64,000 nt of DNA from assembly GCA_964016885.1 (NCBI GenBank), contig OZ024742.1, positions 268,336,001 through 268,400,000 of the forward strand, given 5' to 3'. The notes under the pieces are model-generated. The model was not told the origin of the DNA. It was given only the letters and a program-made list of their open reading frames with translations, and searched no databases. This stretch comes from Eledone cirrhosa. Lineage: Eukaryota. Positions within the stretch are counted from its first letter, which is position 1, and each line of letters begins with the position of its first letter. Shown here piece after piece: positions 1-18,791 of this stretch. The position numbers and the translations under genes were made by a program.

Positions 1-1129
1 TTATTATTATTATTATCATTATTAGTATTACTATTATATTTGGGAAGAGTCATCCTGTCCTGATATTACCAAAAAGTAGTAAAACACACTCACTGTTTTA
101 ATATTTTTTGGCAATATTAGGATATGATCTTCTTCAAATATAACAATATTTGTTTCAAATTTCGGTTTGATGTGTAGAGATACATCTAGCCCACAACGGC
201 CTTCACTAGAAAGACAATCTTCGAGAAAAAGCAACCCAGGGACAACAACAGCCAAAGCACGCTGGCAAACTATTCCATTTGTGACACAGTTATGTGCCAG
301 CTAGCAGACGTTATATACCACATTCAATTCAACAAATGCAAAAATACACACGTATGCTCCTTTAGGAAACAATTAGACCAATGCACGAACAGCCACAAAT
401 ATGTTACAGTTATTATTGAAGACAGGGGTAGGAAATAATCAAAGAAGGAATACTAATAGCTAAGCCCCAAATCAACAACATTGTACAACATAAAAAGTAT
501 CACATGTAACTTCTGACATGATAACGGACACTCTAGTAATAGCCAACTCTATCTGACAATCACAACTAGGCACAACATATGACATGTACCCGTATGGATA
601 CAGAGCCCAAACACATAACTTAATCCAGAAAAGCTGTGTTATCCTATTCTATTGCAGCATGCCAGAACATTTGCATTAAAAAAATTGGACATAAAAAAAA
701 GTTTTATAAAAGCACACTTTATTTGACAGAAAAACACACACGCACACACAACAGTATACATGTCACTGCACATATGATGCCCCCTCTCCCATCACTTCCA
801 GCAGGTATAAATAGAACACCGCTTGAAAGGAAACAAATGGGGAAACGTTAAAGAACATATGTAGGAACTCTGAGTCTGTCATTAACGTCTTCTGACGATA
901 AGTGAATAACTAACAAGCCTTGCACAAGAAAGAACAAACTTTCCGCATATGTTACTGACATGCTCCGACAGGATATTCTCCGTCACTGAGTCTACGTTAC
1001 CTACACTGAGTGCTCTTTTAGATACCGAAGTTTGAAATGAATGCGCTTGGGACACGGCAAAGAAGATAGAAAAGTGTGTGACTGCTGGGATGTCCCCTTG
1101 CTTCACTCCATTGGCGATGGATATGCATT

Positions 1130-2760
1130 CAGACAGAGAAACATTGTAGTTAAACTTCCCTTTCCTGAGTAGATGTAGCTGTTAGAAGAATCTCATGAAA
1201 CCAGAGGGCATCCTATCTTACCAAGAATGATTCATAGGGTATCCCTATTCGCGGAATCACAAGATTTGATGAGGGAAAAAAAGTGGTACAAAGCCACGCG
1301 ATGTTTGAAAGATTTCTCTTTCAGTTGGCGAACCGAGATGATCATGTCCATTGTGACCCTGTCCGACCAAAAGACATATTGTATCTCCGGAATCACTCGA
1401 GGACAAATCCACTTGGTAATCCTATTAAGGAGATGTTTTGTAAACACATTACTCACTGCCTCAAGAAGGCTTATTCCCCGACAATTGCCACACACCGATA
1501 TTGACCCATTTCCCTTGAAAAAGGAAACAAGGACCGCATTAATCCAGTCTTGAGGAACAGGAGTAACCAACAAAATGTCAGAAATTAAATGGTAAATCGC
1601 AGCAGTAATTTTGTCAACTCAACGAAACAAGACCCCGACAGATATACCATCAAGACCCAGTGCCTTCCCAGTATTAATCTCCACTGCAGTATATTGGACC
1701 TCTGCCAGATTAGAATGATTTGCCATCTCATGAATTATAATAATCGAGGCAACTTATTTATGATATCTTTATTAAACTCCGAGGGATTATATAAGAAATC
1801 AGTAAAATCTTTATCTGAAGCACTCATAAACATTTGGTGAGCATCATTTTTTGGGCCTTCAATAGCTCGTTGATCTGTGAATCATTTTCTTCTAACTTGT
1901 CAGGATGTTTCTTTTCCATGAGATATAGGACTTCAACACTAGTGTTGGAGAGAGCTGTCTTAAACCGATCCCATGTGTGTCAAATTCAGTTTCTTCCAAA
2001 TCCCCCCTCAGATCAGTGCGAATTGCCGCGTCCTGCAATCTCGACACTTCTCTGTGTCTAAGAAGCCTTGTGCCATTAGAGTGTATTTTACGTTTGATAA
2101 GCATAATTTCATTTTTCCACGTATTAGACCATACTGAAGATCTTGTTTATGATATGTTTGGATCATGTTTGGATCTTGTTTTATTCCAGGTAACCCTATG
2201 TGCGTCCTCCTGGTTAAAGAAAGGAGTTGCAAATGGACAGTTCAAATTCAATACAGAGATGAAGAAGGTGCAATCCATTGCTATGCATGCTTCGAAACTC
2301 TATTTCCTGAATGCTTCCCAAGTCTCATAATCTCGGCCAGTTCTGGCGTAAAAATCACCAAGTTGAAGCAATTTTTTCCTTTGAGGATGTTGATAGTTCG
2401 AAGATCTTTACAGAATGCCCTTATGGATTCCTTGCTACTAGGTAACTGTGAGAATCATGAATTTGTCGCTAATACCACAGGATTTCCATAGATGTCTGCT
2501 TAGATCATTCCGAATGGCAAAGCTTGGACCTTGCTCTCATTTATTTCCCTCAGGCTTGCCTTTCCAGGAAAAGATGTAACTGACTGCGGATTGTGTCAAC
2601 TAATCATCACCACACCCAGCCAAATCCATTGCTATAATATCTCTTGGTGTTTGCCCTGCGATTATGAACCACCACTAACCACAGGCTGCTGCCAGTTTGA
2701 TGACTGAACAGGCTTTGTTTAGGTCATTATTTCTAGAATCATCCAATGTGGTATGGGTGA
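1130..2760 (-). mobile_element. Degenerate RTE-clade LINE (APE endonuclease, linker, N-terminal RT)
   Basis: ORF 1232-1573 reads CGNCRGISLL...IPEIQYVF...TMDMIISVRQLKEK...CDSANR, typical of the RTE RT N-terminus. Upstream on the minus strand are GKALGLDGI (linker, ~1650) and YIFSWKGKP...FAIRNDL (APE, ~2500-2590). Many stops and frameshifts. Confidence 0.85.
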
Positions 2761-2989
2761 GCAGTGCTTCCCATCAAAAGGGCTTCTCAGACGCTCAAGT
2801 CTGCACCGAAGCTTGTAGCTGTTCAGGTTAACAGTGTAGTAATGTTAGGAGAAGATTCGAGCCACCCACATGTAGATTTGAGATTATGTGCGTATAACGG
2901 GTCTAGTTAACGGAGTTGGCCAGTTTTCCTTCGCCGTGGTACTTGTGAAGAAATATTTGAACATAAAGCTGGCAATACTAGGTGCTTGT

Positions 2990-4380
2990 GGTATACAAAT
3001 TGTACCCATCCACCCCTGAAGCCGTGTCCTGTAACAAGCCAAAGCAAGATAACAAACAAACATAGAGTCCAGTCGTTCAGGAATGTCGAGCGCTGCTCCT
3101 GTATCATATTCACCCGATATATAGATATTATACTCATCCTCACTTCAACCCATCAAGAGGCCGGAATAATATCTCCGACATTCTCCAACATAGATAACAG
3201 TATAAGATTTACCATAGAACACCCCGATAAAAATGGTTACTTGTCTCTGTTGGACTTCCAGCTTAAAGTAACACAAAAAGGTGCTATATACAACAACTTC
3301 TATAAGAAAGCTGCCATCAGAGACATGTTTATAGATTTTTGATCAGCTCTCTCACTTCATGCTAAAACCAGATACATAAGAAATGAACTTACGCGTATCC
3401 GGAATAAATGCAGCAAGACTGAAGACCAGGTTAATAACATTTCACATTTCATAGATGTACTGAAGACAAATGCATACCAAACATCCTCAGTGAATTGTCT
3501 TATGAATCGATGGCGGCACAGGCATAAGACCTCTATAAGAACACCTCTATTAACTGCTTCATGAAAGTACCACACTTCCGCGAAAGCATAACAACAGCTA
3601 TCTGCAGAGCTATCCGCAAAGGATGACTGGACATACAATTAGAACACTCAGGCCTTTCAGTGCGTGGAAAACAATCTAAAACCAAACCAGCGACAACAAC
3701 AACTAATGCACGCTGACAAACTGCCCTATCTGCGACACAGATATGTACCAGTGGACACATGTGGCATACCGAATTGAATGCAGCAAATATAAGTTCTACA
3801 ATTGTAGCATGACTCCAGCGCTCCACACTCGCATTAAAGAACACCTCAACACACTGCATCCTCACTCAAAATACATATTGACAAATGCAGAAACAGCAAC
3901 AATATGTATAACTGTCAATATTGACGATAGTGAGAGAAATCTGGGCATTTTAAGAATTAAGGAAGCCTTGCTCATACGTAGACTCAATCCACAAATAAAT
4001 AATATATTAGAACTCAGTCACAATACTTAACATAAAAAGATACACACACACGAAACGCAAACATCTCATACAAAAACAAGAAAATTGGCTCAATGAAATA
4101 CTACATCGGCAATTGGCATCCTTATCGTGAATGGGGAAATAACAACAAACAATGCATGAAAACGGGTTTAGATGTTTAAATCTAAATTTTATCTGAAAGT
4201 TTCTGATACTCTGAAGAATGGATTTAAGTCTCGAAATATTAGGACAGAGGAAACAACGGTAACAAAAAAAAAAAAGATCTCCAAGTAATTTACTTTTTCA
4301 TTAGGCTCATCTTACAGTCTATTTTGCGTTGTTTAGCCTCATATCTCTTTCAATATTATATATCATATTCAATGCTTCAA
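2990..4380 (+). mobile_element. 5'-truncated Penelope-like element (RT C-terminus, GIY-YIG, 3' tail) ending in (TA)n
   Basis: ORF 2986-3342 has RYIDII...IRFTIEH...LSLLD...FYKK (PLE RT palm/thumb). ORF 3743-4030 has VAYRIEC...LHTRIKEH...IKEALLIRRLNPQIN (GIY-YIG). A decayed CTGAAGA...GAAA lies at 4211-4236. Confidence 0.85.
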
Positions 4381-4466
<86 letters not shown>

Positions 4467-4601
4467 AGAAGCAAAACATTGCTTATTGTGATCCAGTTCT
4501 TGGTTAAGAAAGCCAGTTTCATGGATGGTTTAAACGTACGGTTAGGGGTAACTCCACAAGTTTGTAAGAATTCCGTTCAATCTTGGAGTATAAAGTATAA
4601 C

Positions 4602-4898
4602 AGAGAAAACACAGGTAAGCATTAAGAGAAGGATTTTATCCAGGTATTTACGACCGTTTCATTGGTAAGTGCAACCTTATATTGCTATACTGCAAATAGC
4701 AGCCACTCAATTATAATAGTTGTTCACAGTCCACATTATCAAAATTTTCACTATTTTGAACATTTGGACTGTGAACAACAATTATAATTGAGTGGCTGCT
4801 ATTTGCAGTCTAGCAATATAAGGTTGCACTTACCAATGAAACGGTTGTAAATACCTGGATAAAATCCTTCTCTTAAAATGCTTACCTGTGTTTTCTCT
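4602..4898. repeat. Fold-back palindrome (~132-bp arms) of a PLE-like tail between (TA)n tracts
   Basis: 4602-4733 is the near-perfect reverse complement of 4765-4898. The left arm carries GAAACGGTCGTA on the minus strand. An unpaired tail at 4462-4601 abuts (TA)n. Confidence 0.9.
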
Positions 4899-4900
4899 TT

Positions 4901-4932
<32 letters not shown>

Positions 4933-4977
4933 GTGAAGAAACATAAGTCAATTGCATGAACTCATAATCCTTTATTT

Positions 4978-5033
4978 ACTGCTATATATATTTCGATGAT
5001 AGCCATTGCATGGCTATGACCTCATCAGGCAGT
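4978..5033 (-). ncRNA. Minimal type-I hammerhead ribozyme
   Basis: Minus strand reads actgc-CTGATGA-ggtcatagcca tgcaa tggctatcatc-GAAA-tatata-TA-gcagt-aaataaa. Stem I is 5 bp, stem II ~10 bp, stem III is palindromic and the core is canonical. Confidence 0.85.
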
Positions 5034-5107
5034 TAGTGAGTTCTTAGATATGGCAGCTCTGTGTTTATGGTGTTGATGGTATCAGAGCCTTGAGACATAT
5101 CAACATG

Positions 5108-5156
<49 letters not shown>

Positions 5157-5169
5157 TTATATATATATA

Positions 5170-5851
<682 letters not shown>

Positions 5852-6776
5852 ATATGTATATAGTTTAAAAAATGACAACACTTCTGTAGCTTATAATCTG
5901 ATGTTGATATGAAATTACTCTCGCCAAATTGTGAGACATTCTACCATATAATGATTTTAATAATAAATATTGTTTCCACGAATTTAATAATAGACTGTAA
6001 TAGAGAACTATATACTGCGTTCATTTTATCCACCTAGTAAAATGGGATGTTGTTATCGGCGCAGTATGAACTCGTGCTACATACTCACAGTCTATTCCGG
6101 CTTACCCATCGCAAAACCTTCAATTACTCCTTTTGTAGCCACTTTTCCAAACCCTGTACTAAATTCTACGGCAGTGATTCTTGTCCAGAGCAGATAATGG
6201 AACGGCTACTCTTCTCATGTTTTTCATACATGTGCCCAAAGGCAATTCAGGAAAACCAACAGCATTATTTTACGGATTATGTAGACCTTGTGGAAGATAG
6301 ACGTACAAAGGATGCGTATGCTTAATTTATTCTCATCAATACCAGATATATGAAAATCTAAATTATTTTAGAGGAATTGAAAAAGCAAGCTCATACTATT
6401 CGAGTTTGAAATCGAAATATCGATAGGCAAAACGAGTAACTGTGAGACACGTAGTTACGTACTGTATCGCTTCTGCTTCTCTCAGTGTTTTCTTCAAAAT
6501 AAGAATGCTGAAAGGAATTGCATAACATACTTTTCACAGTTGAAAACCAAAGTTTTATCGTTTCATTGATTTTTATCAAAATATATTTAGTCATGATTGA
6601 ATTAGTATAGAAAGCGCAAAATATAAATAAATAAACACTGCATTTCCTACATTGAACTGTGAATGTGTTGCATATTCCAATTACATATACATAGAATTTA
6701 CACACTAGCACACAAATATCTATCTATTTATTTAGCAGCCACTCTATCTTTTTTCCTTCTCTCTCTCTCTCTCTCT

Positions 6777-6850
<74 letters not shown>

Positions 6851-7232
6851 GTGTGCGTCGGTACGTACGTCTGTGTCAGTGTGTCTTTATGTATATAATT
6901 TGCCTAACGTACTTCTGACAAAGTCTTCCACTCGAATGATGCTCTGATGGTTTATGAAATAGGATTTGGTTTGCATAACAAAATAAAAAATAAGTAAATC
7001 TCTACAAAGAATAAATTATAAGTGGACAAAATTACATTAGTTCACTTCCTTTATTCTTGTCTATTATGTGCCTGTTTCCTTCCTTTACTTTTTCTATAAA
7101 TTTCCAATACAATTCTTTAATTTTCTTACAGACTTTTCTGGCTTTATATTAAAATGCAAATTGCGCCGTTTTTGTTGAAATAGATTGCATATCTAATTAT
7201 TATTATACTTAATATAATCATCATCATCATCA

Positions 7233-7340
<108 letters not shown>

Positions 7341-7401
7341 CGATAATGCTCGTCTGATTATTATTATTATTATATATATAGACTCATATAAATGTACACA
7401 C

Positions 7402-7448
<47 letters not shown>

Positions 7449-7461
7449 TATATATATATGT

Positions 7462-7581
<120 letters not shown>

Positions 7582-7861
7582 CAAGAAGGATTGAGGCACC
7601 AGTTCACCATATACTAATACGAAATTTGCATATTTTAATTTGCATTCTTCAAATCACCTTATTGCCTCAATGCATGGCTTCCTAAATTGAATGTTATTAG
7701 ATTTCGCTCGTCTTCTCTTACCAGGAAATGCAATTGAATTACTCTAGTATATTCTGTTAGCAACCTGAAGAATGTGCATGTACATGTAAACGCCCCAAAA
7801 CCCACGCACACACATACTCACACATACTCACACACATACACATATATATATATATATATAT

Positions 7862-7911
<50 letters not shown>

Positions 7912-8099
7912 GGAGAGAGAGTGAGAAAGACTATTATCATTATTTATTTATTTGTTGCTTGGTCTGTCAAGACGCATCTCAATATAGCTCCGTAAGCTTT
8001 GTTAATTTTCAAGTGTTTACATGGCACTCACTCTTATATTTTTGTTACAAACTATTGATAAGGAGCCATACATTGCCCTATGCTAAATCGACCTTATAC

Positions 8100-12260
<4,161 letters not shown>

Positions 12261-12299
12261 TAGCATTTGTTGGTCCCTAAAGTCGATAGATTTGCGCCT

Positions 12300-12935
12300 G
12301 GAGAATTTCGTCTCAGCTTTTGATTATGGCGCAGCCTCTGTTGTGGTTGCACAGACCCAAACGGAGAGACAGTCTCGTATGCAGTGACTGCATTTGGAAA
12401 CTATTTTCTTGAGTGTTGTCTTTCCTGCGAGCACTCTTCTCCTCAGCAGCAATCTTTATTTTCTTTTCTTCTTGATCTACACCCTTCCGCAATATATGTC
12501 TCCAGCTTGAGTGATCATTTGCGAATTCTTTCAGGTTCTAGGTACCTAGGTATTCAGACTTCATATCCCTCTTGCATATGTCTTTGACATGAATTTAATG
12601 TCGTACTCGTGTTCAAGTGTCGTCATTGACTTCGCCATACATTATGTCTCTTGGGATCTTTGCGTTCGGCATATGATGAGTGTGAGCTAACCAGCACTGG
12701 CGGCGTTGTTGGAGCAGGGTAAATATGCTGGAAACCTTGGCAGGGTTGAGGACTTCCGTGTTAGTGAGACGATCGGTTTGCATGATATCCAGATTGTGTT
12801 TCAGGCTATGAGAGTGGAAGTCATTGAGATGCGGAACCCCTTTGTCTTGCTGCCGTAAATTGCGCGTGCTGAGAACACAGGCTCTGTAAACTAACTTGCT
12901 GATCAGTTTTCTGTTCTTCCATAGTCTGTTTATCA
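12300..12935 (-). mobile_element. RTE LINE 3' fragment
   Basis: ORF 12613-12963 reads KLVYRACVLST...TNTEVL...QRRQCWLAHTHHM...IPRDIMYGE, an RTE post-RT C-terminal domain. Confidence 0.85.
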
Positions 12936-13472
12936 GACATACATTCCCGCACATACATAACACCCTTCTCTGTATGCGAAAAAAAGACCAGAGCTAAATA
13001 TATTTTAACATACGTTAATATTTTAACACCATAAAATGCTAAATCCCCCCCACCAACCCCACACACGTACACACATACATAACACACTTCTTCATTTCTA
13101 CTAATGGAATCAATTTTATTCCAATTATAAAGACGATAAACCGCTTTGCTACAAATGCACGCGCACACCAATAACCAGAATTATTTCAGTAGAAAGTGTG
13201 AATTTCGACACTTCAGCACATCAACCATACTCACTGAACCATAATATATGCGTAATCAGGTGACTGTGACCAGCAAAGGAAATGGAAAATACAAAAAGAT
13301 ATTTCGAACATGAACTGACGCGAAATTTAATGTACTTATTCACGTGACAGTCATCAACCAACCAAATTATACTTTACAAAAGCAGCAATTAGAGCCACCA
13401 TTTTTTCGAACTTTCTAACACGAACCAGATGCGAGACAAACCACAACAGAAACACAAATCATTCAGCTCAAT

Positions 13473-13516
13473 TTTACTTTTGAAATTCATAAGAACTGTG
13501 AAACCGGTAAAGTAAA
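13473..13516 (+). ncRNA. Decayed hammerhead of the U3-A8 type in a PLE tail (12960-13570)
   Basis: tttactt-TTGAAAT-tcat aagaa ctgt-GAAA-ccgg-TA-aagtaaa. Stem I is 7 bp and stem II has decayed. The tail is homologous to the reverse complement of 58300-58380 and 60480-60650. Confidence 0.6.
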
Positions 13517-13664
13517 TAAATAAATATTCTTAAAACATTCCACTCACATTTTCAATTTCTTTACCTTATATATCCACCCATGTGGGACATCTCATTTTCC
13601 CATATATATATATGGTGTGTATGCGTGTGTGTTTGTGTGTGTGTATGTGTGTGTGTGTGTGTGT

Positions 13665-13753
<89 letters not shown>

Positions 13754-13789
13754 AATACAAATAACGAGGATTAAATTACATTAAATTAT

Positions 13790-13867
13790 TTAATCGATTG
13801 ACGAACGTTTCGATCAATACAACAAAGTATTTATATTTGCAATATTGATTTTTTCAGAATCTATTAA
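13790..13867 (-). ncRNA. Hammerhead-like motif (core CTGAAAA) in a PLE-like tail
   Basis: Minus strand reads ttaatagatt-CTGAAAA-aatcaata...tattgatc-GAAA-cgttc-GTC-aatcgattaa. Stems I and II are intact and G8 is mutated. Confidence 0.65.
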
Positions 13868-14745
13868 ACAACACAAATAACATAAATAGTTACCAAATAC
13901 ATGTCCAAATATCTCAAGTCCGAAAACATAAACAGATTTAAAACACTGTTGGGAAAATATTTAAACTTTATGGAAGACTAAACACGCAATTAAACATTTA
14001 TTAATTTAAATATATTGCGTGTAATAACTAAAAGTATATTGCTTGACTATTACACATACACTACACACACAAAAAATGTTATAGGAATATAACTTGAGCT
14101 TATACGTTTGATAATACTTATTATTTGAAGTAACAACAATTACAAGATTAACATTAAGAGAAAACATTTTAAAAAATTCAAATATTAGGGAAGCTTAATT
14201 CAATTCAATAATAAATATATCAATAACTAAGAGAAGAGCTAGTTGCTAAAAAAAACTACTAAATTCAAGTATATTAATATATATATGTGTACACACACAC
14301 AGAGCCACATATTCTAATACATATGCATACATAATTACAGATTTTACATACCAATAAATATCAAACTATGAAAGAAAAATGAAATTCAAAAACAAAAGTT
14401 TAAGACGGGTAACAAAATATATTTTATAAGATATGTTACCTTCGAGGTAGGGCATCAATAGAAACGAAATGGTACCCGGAATGTTAAAATGTGTAATTAA
14501 TCAGGTTCAAATTTTTTTATAAAAGAAAGAGTGAACTTTTCTCTGCTTTAATTTTTCTATATATATGTTCTGTGTTATTGTAAAACTACTGTCATATGAA
14601 ATTTGACGATTGGATTAAGCTTTGAGCCATCTTTTACCTACATTGCTGTGGACAATAAAATCATATTTGAACCTGGAATTATTACTTCCCTTTATGTAAT
14701 TATCAACTCCTCTAGACTATTGTGTATATATATATATATATACTC

Positions 14746-14805
<60 letters not shown>

Positions 14806-14811
14806 GCTCCT

Positions 14812-14846
<35 letters not shown>

Positions 14847-14924
14847 CACATATGTGTGTGTGTATGTGTGAGTGTTTTCGTCTGTGAATAATAATAATAC
14901 TATAATAGTACCATAATATTATTA

Positions 14925-15535
14925 ATATTCGGTTTGTTTACAAGTAAACTGCCTCATGAAACACCACGTGGTAGAAAACCATTTTACTCTTTTGTTCCAG
15001 CGGTAGCTGAGAGCAAATAATTGACAATCGACAATTGTTTCGGAGTGTCTTTATCCTTGTTAAGATTGTGTGTTCTGCTCTCGTGATACCCATGGAACTG
15101 CTGAGAACACATAGTATTCTCAAATGTATACATCGGCTGATTAGCTACATTTGCATACCAATTGATTTTACTGCCGGCTCTGCCAGAAATGAAAAAAAAA
15201 CATAATTTGTTTTCGCTCTTAACGTGATGGATACTTAAATGTATTTGTGAGTGAATAATAATAATATAATAATATCATAATGTTGTTAATTTTCAGTTTG
15301 TTTACAGGTAAACAACCACATAAAATATTACGTGGTAGATGACCACGTCACCCATTTACTACAGTGAAAGATGAGGGAAAGCCATTCAAAATTGACAATT
15401 GTTTCGGAGTGTTTTTGTCCTTGTTAAGCTTGTGTATTCTGTTCGTTTGCTACCAACTGGAACTGCTTAGAATACATGGTGTTCTCAATGTATACAGCGG
15501 CTGATTAGACTCATTTGCATACTGCTCGATTTTAT
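14925..15535 (-). repeat. Diverged tandem duplication (period ~364 bp) with HHR half-sites
   Basis: 14930-15170 is similar to 15295-15535. GAAACAATTGTC occurs on the minus strand at 15030-15041 and 15394-15405. Confidence 0.75.
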
Positions 15536-15542
15536 GTGGTGG

Positions 15543-16170
15543 ATAAGAAAATTATAAAAATTAACTTACATACTAAAATTTCACTCATTTAGTAAGTAAG
15601 TTAATTTTTATAATTTTCTTATTTTACGTCTTTCATATAATTGTTCTGCATCCCCTTGCATTGAACCACAAAGTTACTAAAACAAAACCTATATATTTGC
15701 TAGCATAGGTATGCATCTGTATATATATATATGTTGGTAGATATACTAATTCTTTATACTTATCTCCAAATTATTTTGTTGAGCAAAAATTTGCCAAAAC
15801 TACTACTATGGTTCATAGTAATAGTCAAGCTACTGTCTTATTAGCACCCCACTCCTCACTGATTAACCTCGATGTCACGTGATTGATTCTTTTGATTTTG
15901 CCACCGACCAAGTAGACAGTGATTTTTTCAATGTCCTGGAATTTAGTCCTCACTTGCTTTTTTCCATCCACTGAATTATTTTTGTATAAGTTCCCTGTGT
16001 CCACGCACTGCCTGGGAACTTAGCTGAGAATAAACTCCTGATGACGAAACGATTTTCTCCATGTTGTTCCGTTCGGAAACCATGTTTATTCCCTTTCAGA
16101 AACTAATTAGTTGGAGTGAAATTTTAGTAAGTAAGTTAATTTTTATAATTTTCTTATTTTACGTCTTTCA
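15543..16170 (+). mobile_element. PLE-like tail with pseudo-LTR architecture (inverted plus direct copy of the 3' end placed 5')
   Basis: 15543-15586 is the reverse complement of 16113-16157, and 15587-15638 directly repeats 16120-16170. An HHR-like CTGATGA (~16038)...GAAACTAATTAGTT-ggagt (~16099-16117) lies inside. Confidence 0.7.
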
Positions 16171-16372
16171 TATATATATATGCACGTATATATATATTTA
16201 TTAAAATAACAGATTAAAGTTTAAGCAAAGCATCGCTTCTTTCACCCTTAACGGGATCTTCTGAAACTAACAAAGTCAATCTGTAAATGCAGAAATGAAT
16301 ATTTCAAAAGTGGATTTTAGTCTTCAAATTTATTAATATTACTATATATATATATATATTTTAGTAAGTAAG

Positions 16373-16436
<64 letters not shown>

Positions 16437-16453
16437 ATATATATCTATATATA

Positions 16454-16521
<68 letters not shown>

Positions 16522-16550
16522 TATATAGATATATATATTCGAGATAGATC

Positions 16551-17305
16551 AAATTTGGTCGTTTTGATTGCTGCTATTTATAGTGGTAGTAGACTAACCT
16601 CCCTGCCTCTGCTTCTATCTTTACACACGGCACTGGACAGAATTGCTGCCACATCATTCATTCTCATCTCGGGAGTTTATCTTTTCAATGGAAGCCGGCA
16701 AGGACTGTCCATTTATGTTTGCGACTCGAAACCTATTCGGTAAAGGTAACCATATTAAGTACAGTGAATTTTTTAAAATTTATTTTGAAACTTTTTCTTA
16801 TTTGCTAAACCTTGATTATATATGGTATGGCTCGTTAATTTATTAACCTGCCATTGAACCACATTGGCATATGGTTGGACAATACATGTGTCCCTATACG
16901 CTTTTTGCGTGTATGGATATATACTTTATTATTATTACTCTCCTGTTGGTCGACATAAAATTTGGTCGTTTTGACTGCTGCTATTTATAGTGGTAGTAGA
17001 CTGACCTCCCTGCCTCTGCTTCTATCTTTACACACGGCACTGGACAGAATTGCTTCCACATCATTCATTCTCATCTCGGGAACAATTTTGAATAGCGCCA
17101 GTTCGTAATTTGATCTCGGGAATTTTATATTCTCCGAGTGAAAAGAACCTTCTGACGAGAGTTTCTCTTTTCAATGGAAGCGCGCAAGGACTGTCCATTT
17201 ATTGTTGAGACTCGAAACCGATTCGGTAAAGGTAACCATAGTAAGTACAGTGAATTTTTTGAAATTTATTTTGAAACATTTTCTTATTTGCTAAACCTTG
17301 ATTAT
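16551..17305 (+). repeat. Partial tandem of a PLE-like tail (two copies)
   Basis: 16551-16820 repeats 16958-17305. The first copy lacks ~78 bp that includes the HHR 5' core. Confidence 0.85.
17147..17233 (+). ncRNA. Type-I hammerhead ribozyme with extended stem II
   Basis: acctt-CTGACGA-gagtttc...gagactc-GAAA-ccgattcgg-TA-aaggt. All three stems form and the cleavage triplet is GUA. Confidence 0.85.
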
Positions 17306-17336
17306 ATATAAATATATAAATATCTATATATATATA

Positions 17337-17571
17337 TAGAATAGTTTTCATCGTATTTTTGACTAAAGGAATTTTAGTCTGATAATGGGGTTTAGAACCC
17401 TCAGATAAATGGAAAAAGATGAGTAATGACGTACATGGGAGTCGAACCCACATCTTTGGTTATCGCGACCCATGTACGTCAATACTCATCTTTTTCCATT
17501 TATCTGAGGGTTCTAAACCCCATTATCAGGGTAAAATTAATTTAGTAAAAAATACGGTGAAAGCTATTCTA
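17337..17571. repeat. Fold-back palindrome (~103-bp arms) with a tRNA T-arm-like loop
   Basis: 17337-17439 pairs with 17469-17571. The centre reads GTGGGTTCGACTCCCA on the minus strand (B-box-like). Confidence 0.85.
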
Positions 17572-17834
17572 TATATATAACAATAACAATAACATCAACT
17601 ACAGATTGGCTTGCCTCAGAACGAAGTTCTATAGACTTTTGAATGAGGAATGTTCTAACAACTGACCAATGAGAGGAGAAGAGGCCCTTTGACAGGGAAA
17701 TCCGTTTGTTTGAATTTATATGATTCCAGTTCCTCAGTGAAATAACAACCCAACCAGGAACTGGGCATATCAGAGTATTGACAAAATTATACACCTCAAC
17801 AACATATGTACTTGTCTATACCACACTAATCCGG

Positions 17835-17889
17835 ACTGCCTGAAGAGGTCACAGCCAAAGATGGTTGTCACCGAAATATGTATAGCAGT
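17835..17889 (+). ncRNA. Minimal type-I hammerhead ribozyme
   Basis: actgc-CTGAAGA-ggtcacagcca aaga tggttgtcacc-GAAA-tatgta-TA-gcagt followed by AATAAA. Same family as 4978-5033, with compensatory changes in stem II. Confidence 0.85.
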
Positions 17890-17935
17890 AATAAACGAAG
17901 CTAACTTTTAAACATTTGACTTATTTATTTTACAT

Positions 17936-17986
<51 letters not shown>

Positions 17987-18134
17987 CAAGGTTTAGCAAA
18001 TAAGAAAAAAGTTGCAACATAAATTTCAAAAAACCACATTATCAGGCTAAAGTTCCTTTAGTCAAAAAAAATACGGTGAAAGCTATTCTATTTTCTAATT
18101 TCAAACCTGCCCACTGTTTCAAAACATACTTACT

Positions 18135-18495
<361 letters not shown>

Positions 18496-18609
18496 TAATA
18501 CCATTATACATTTGAAAGGATTGTAAATAAAACGAGTAAATCAGACAAAGTTGAAATTCCCTTTAATAATATAATCTTCTATACACAATCATACACACCC
18601 GTGTATATT

Positions 18610-18683
<74 letters not shown>

Positions 18684-18791
18684 TATATTTATAGTTGTAT
18701 AAACAGGAAGGTCAGTAATTTCCTACTACCTTATTACCGGTAAGAGAAATAGCTCAATGTAGGAATATCAGTTGTTTTACAGAGCAGGAAA

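Noticed and set aside
17430-17470. Functional tRNA gene
   Set aside because: Only a T-arm/B-box-like half is present, with no D arm or full cloverleaf.
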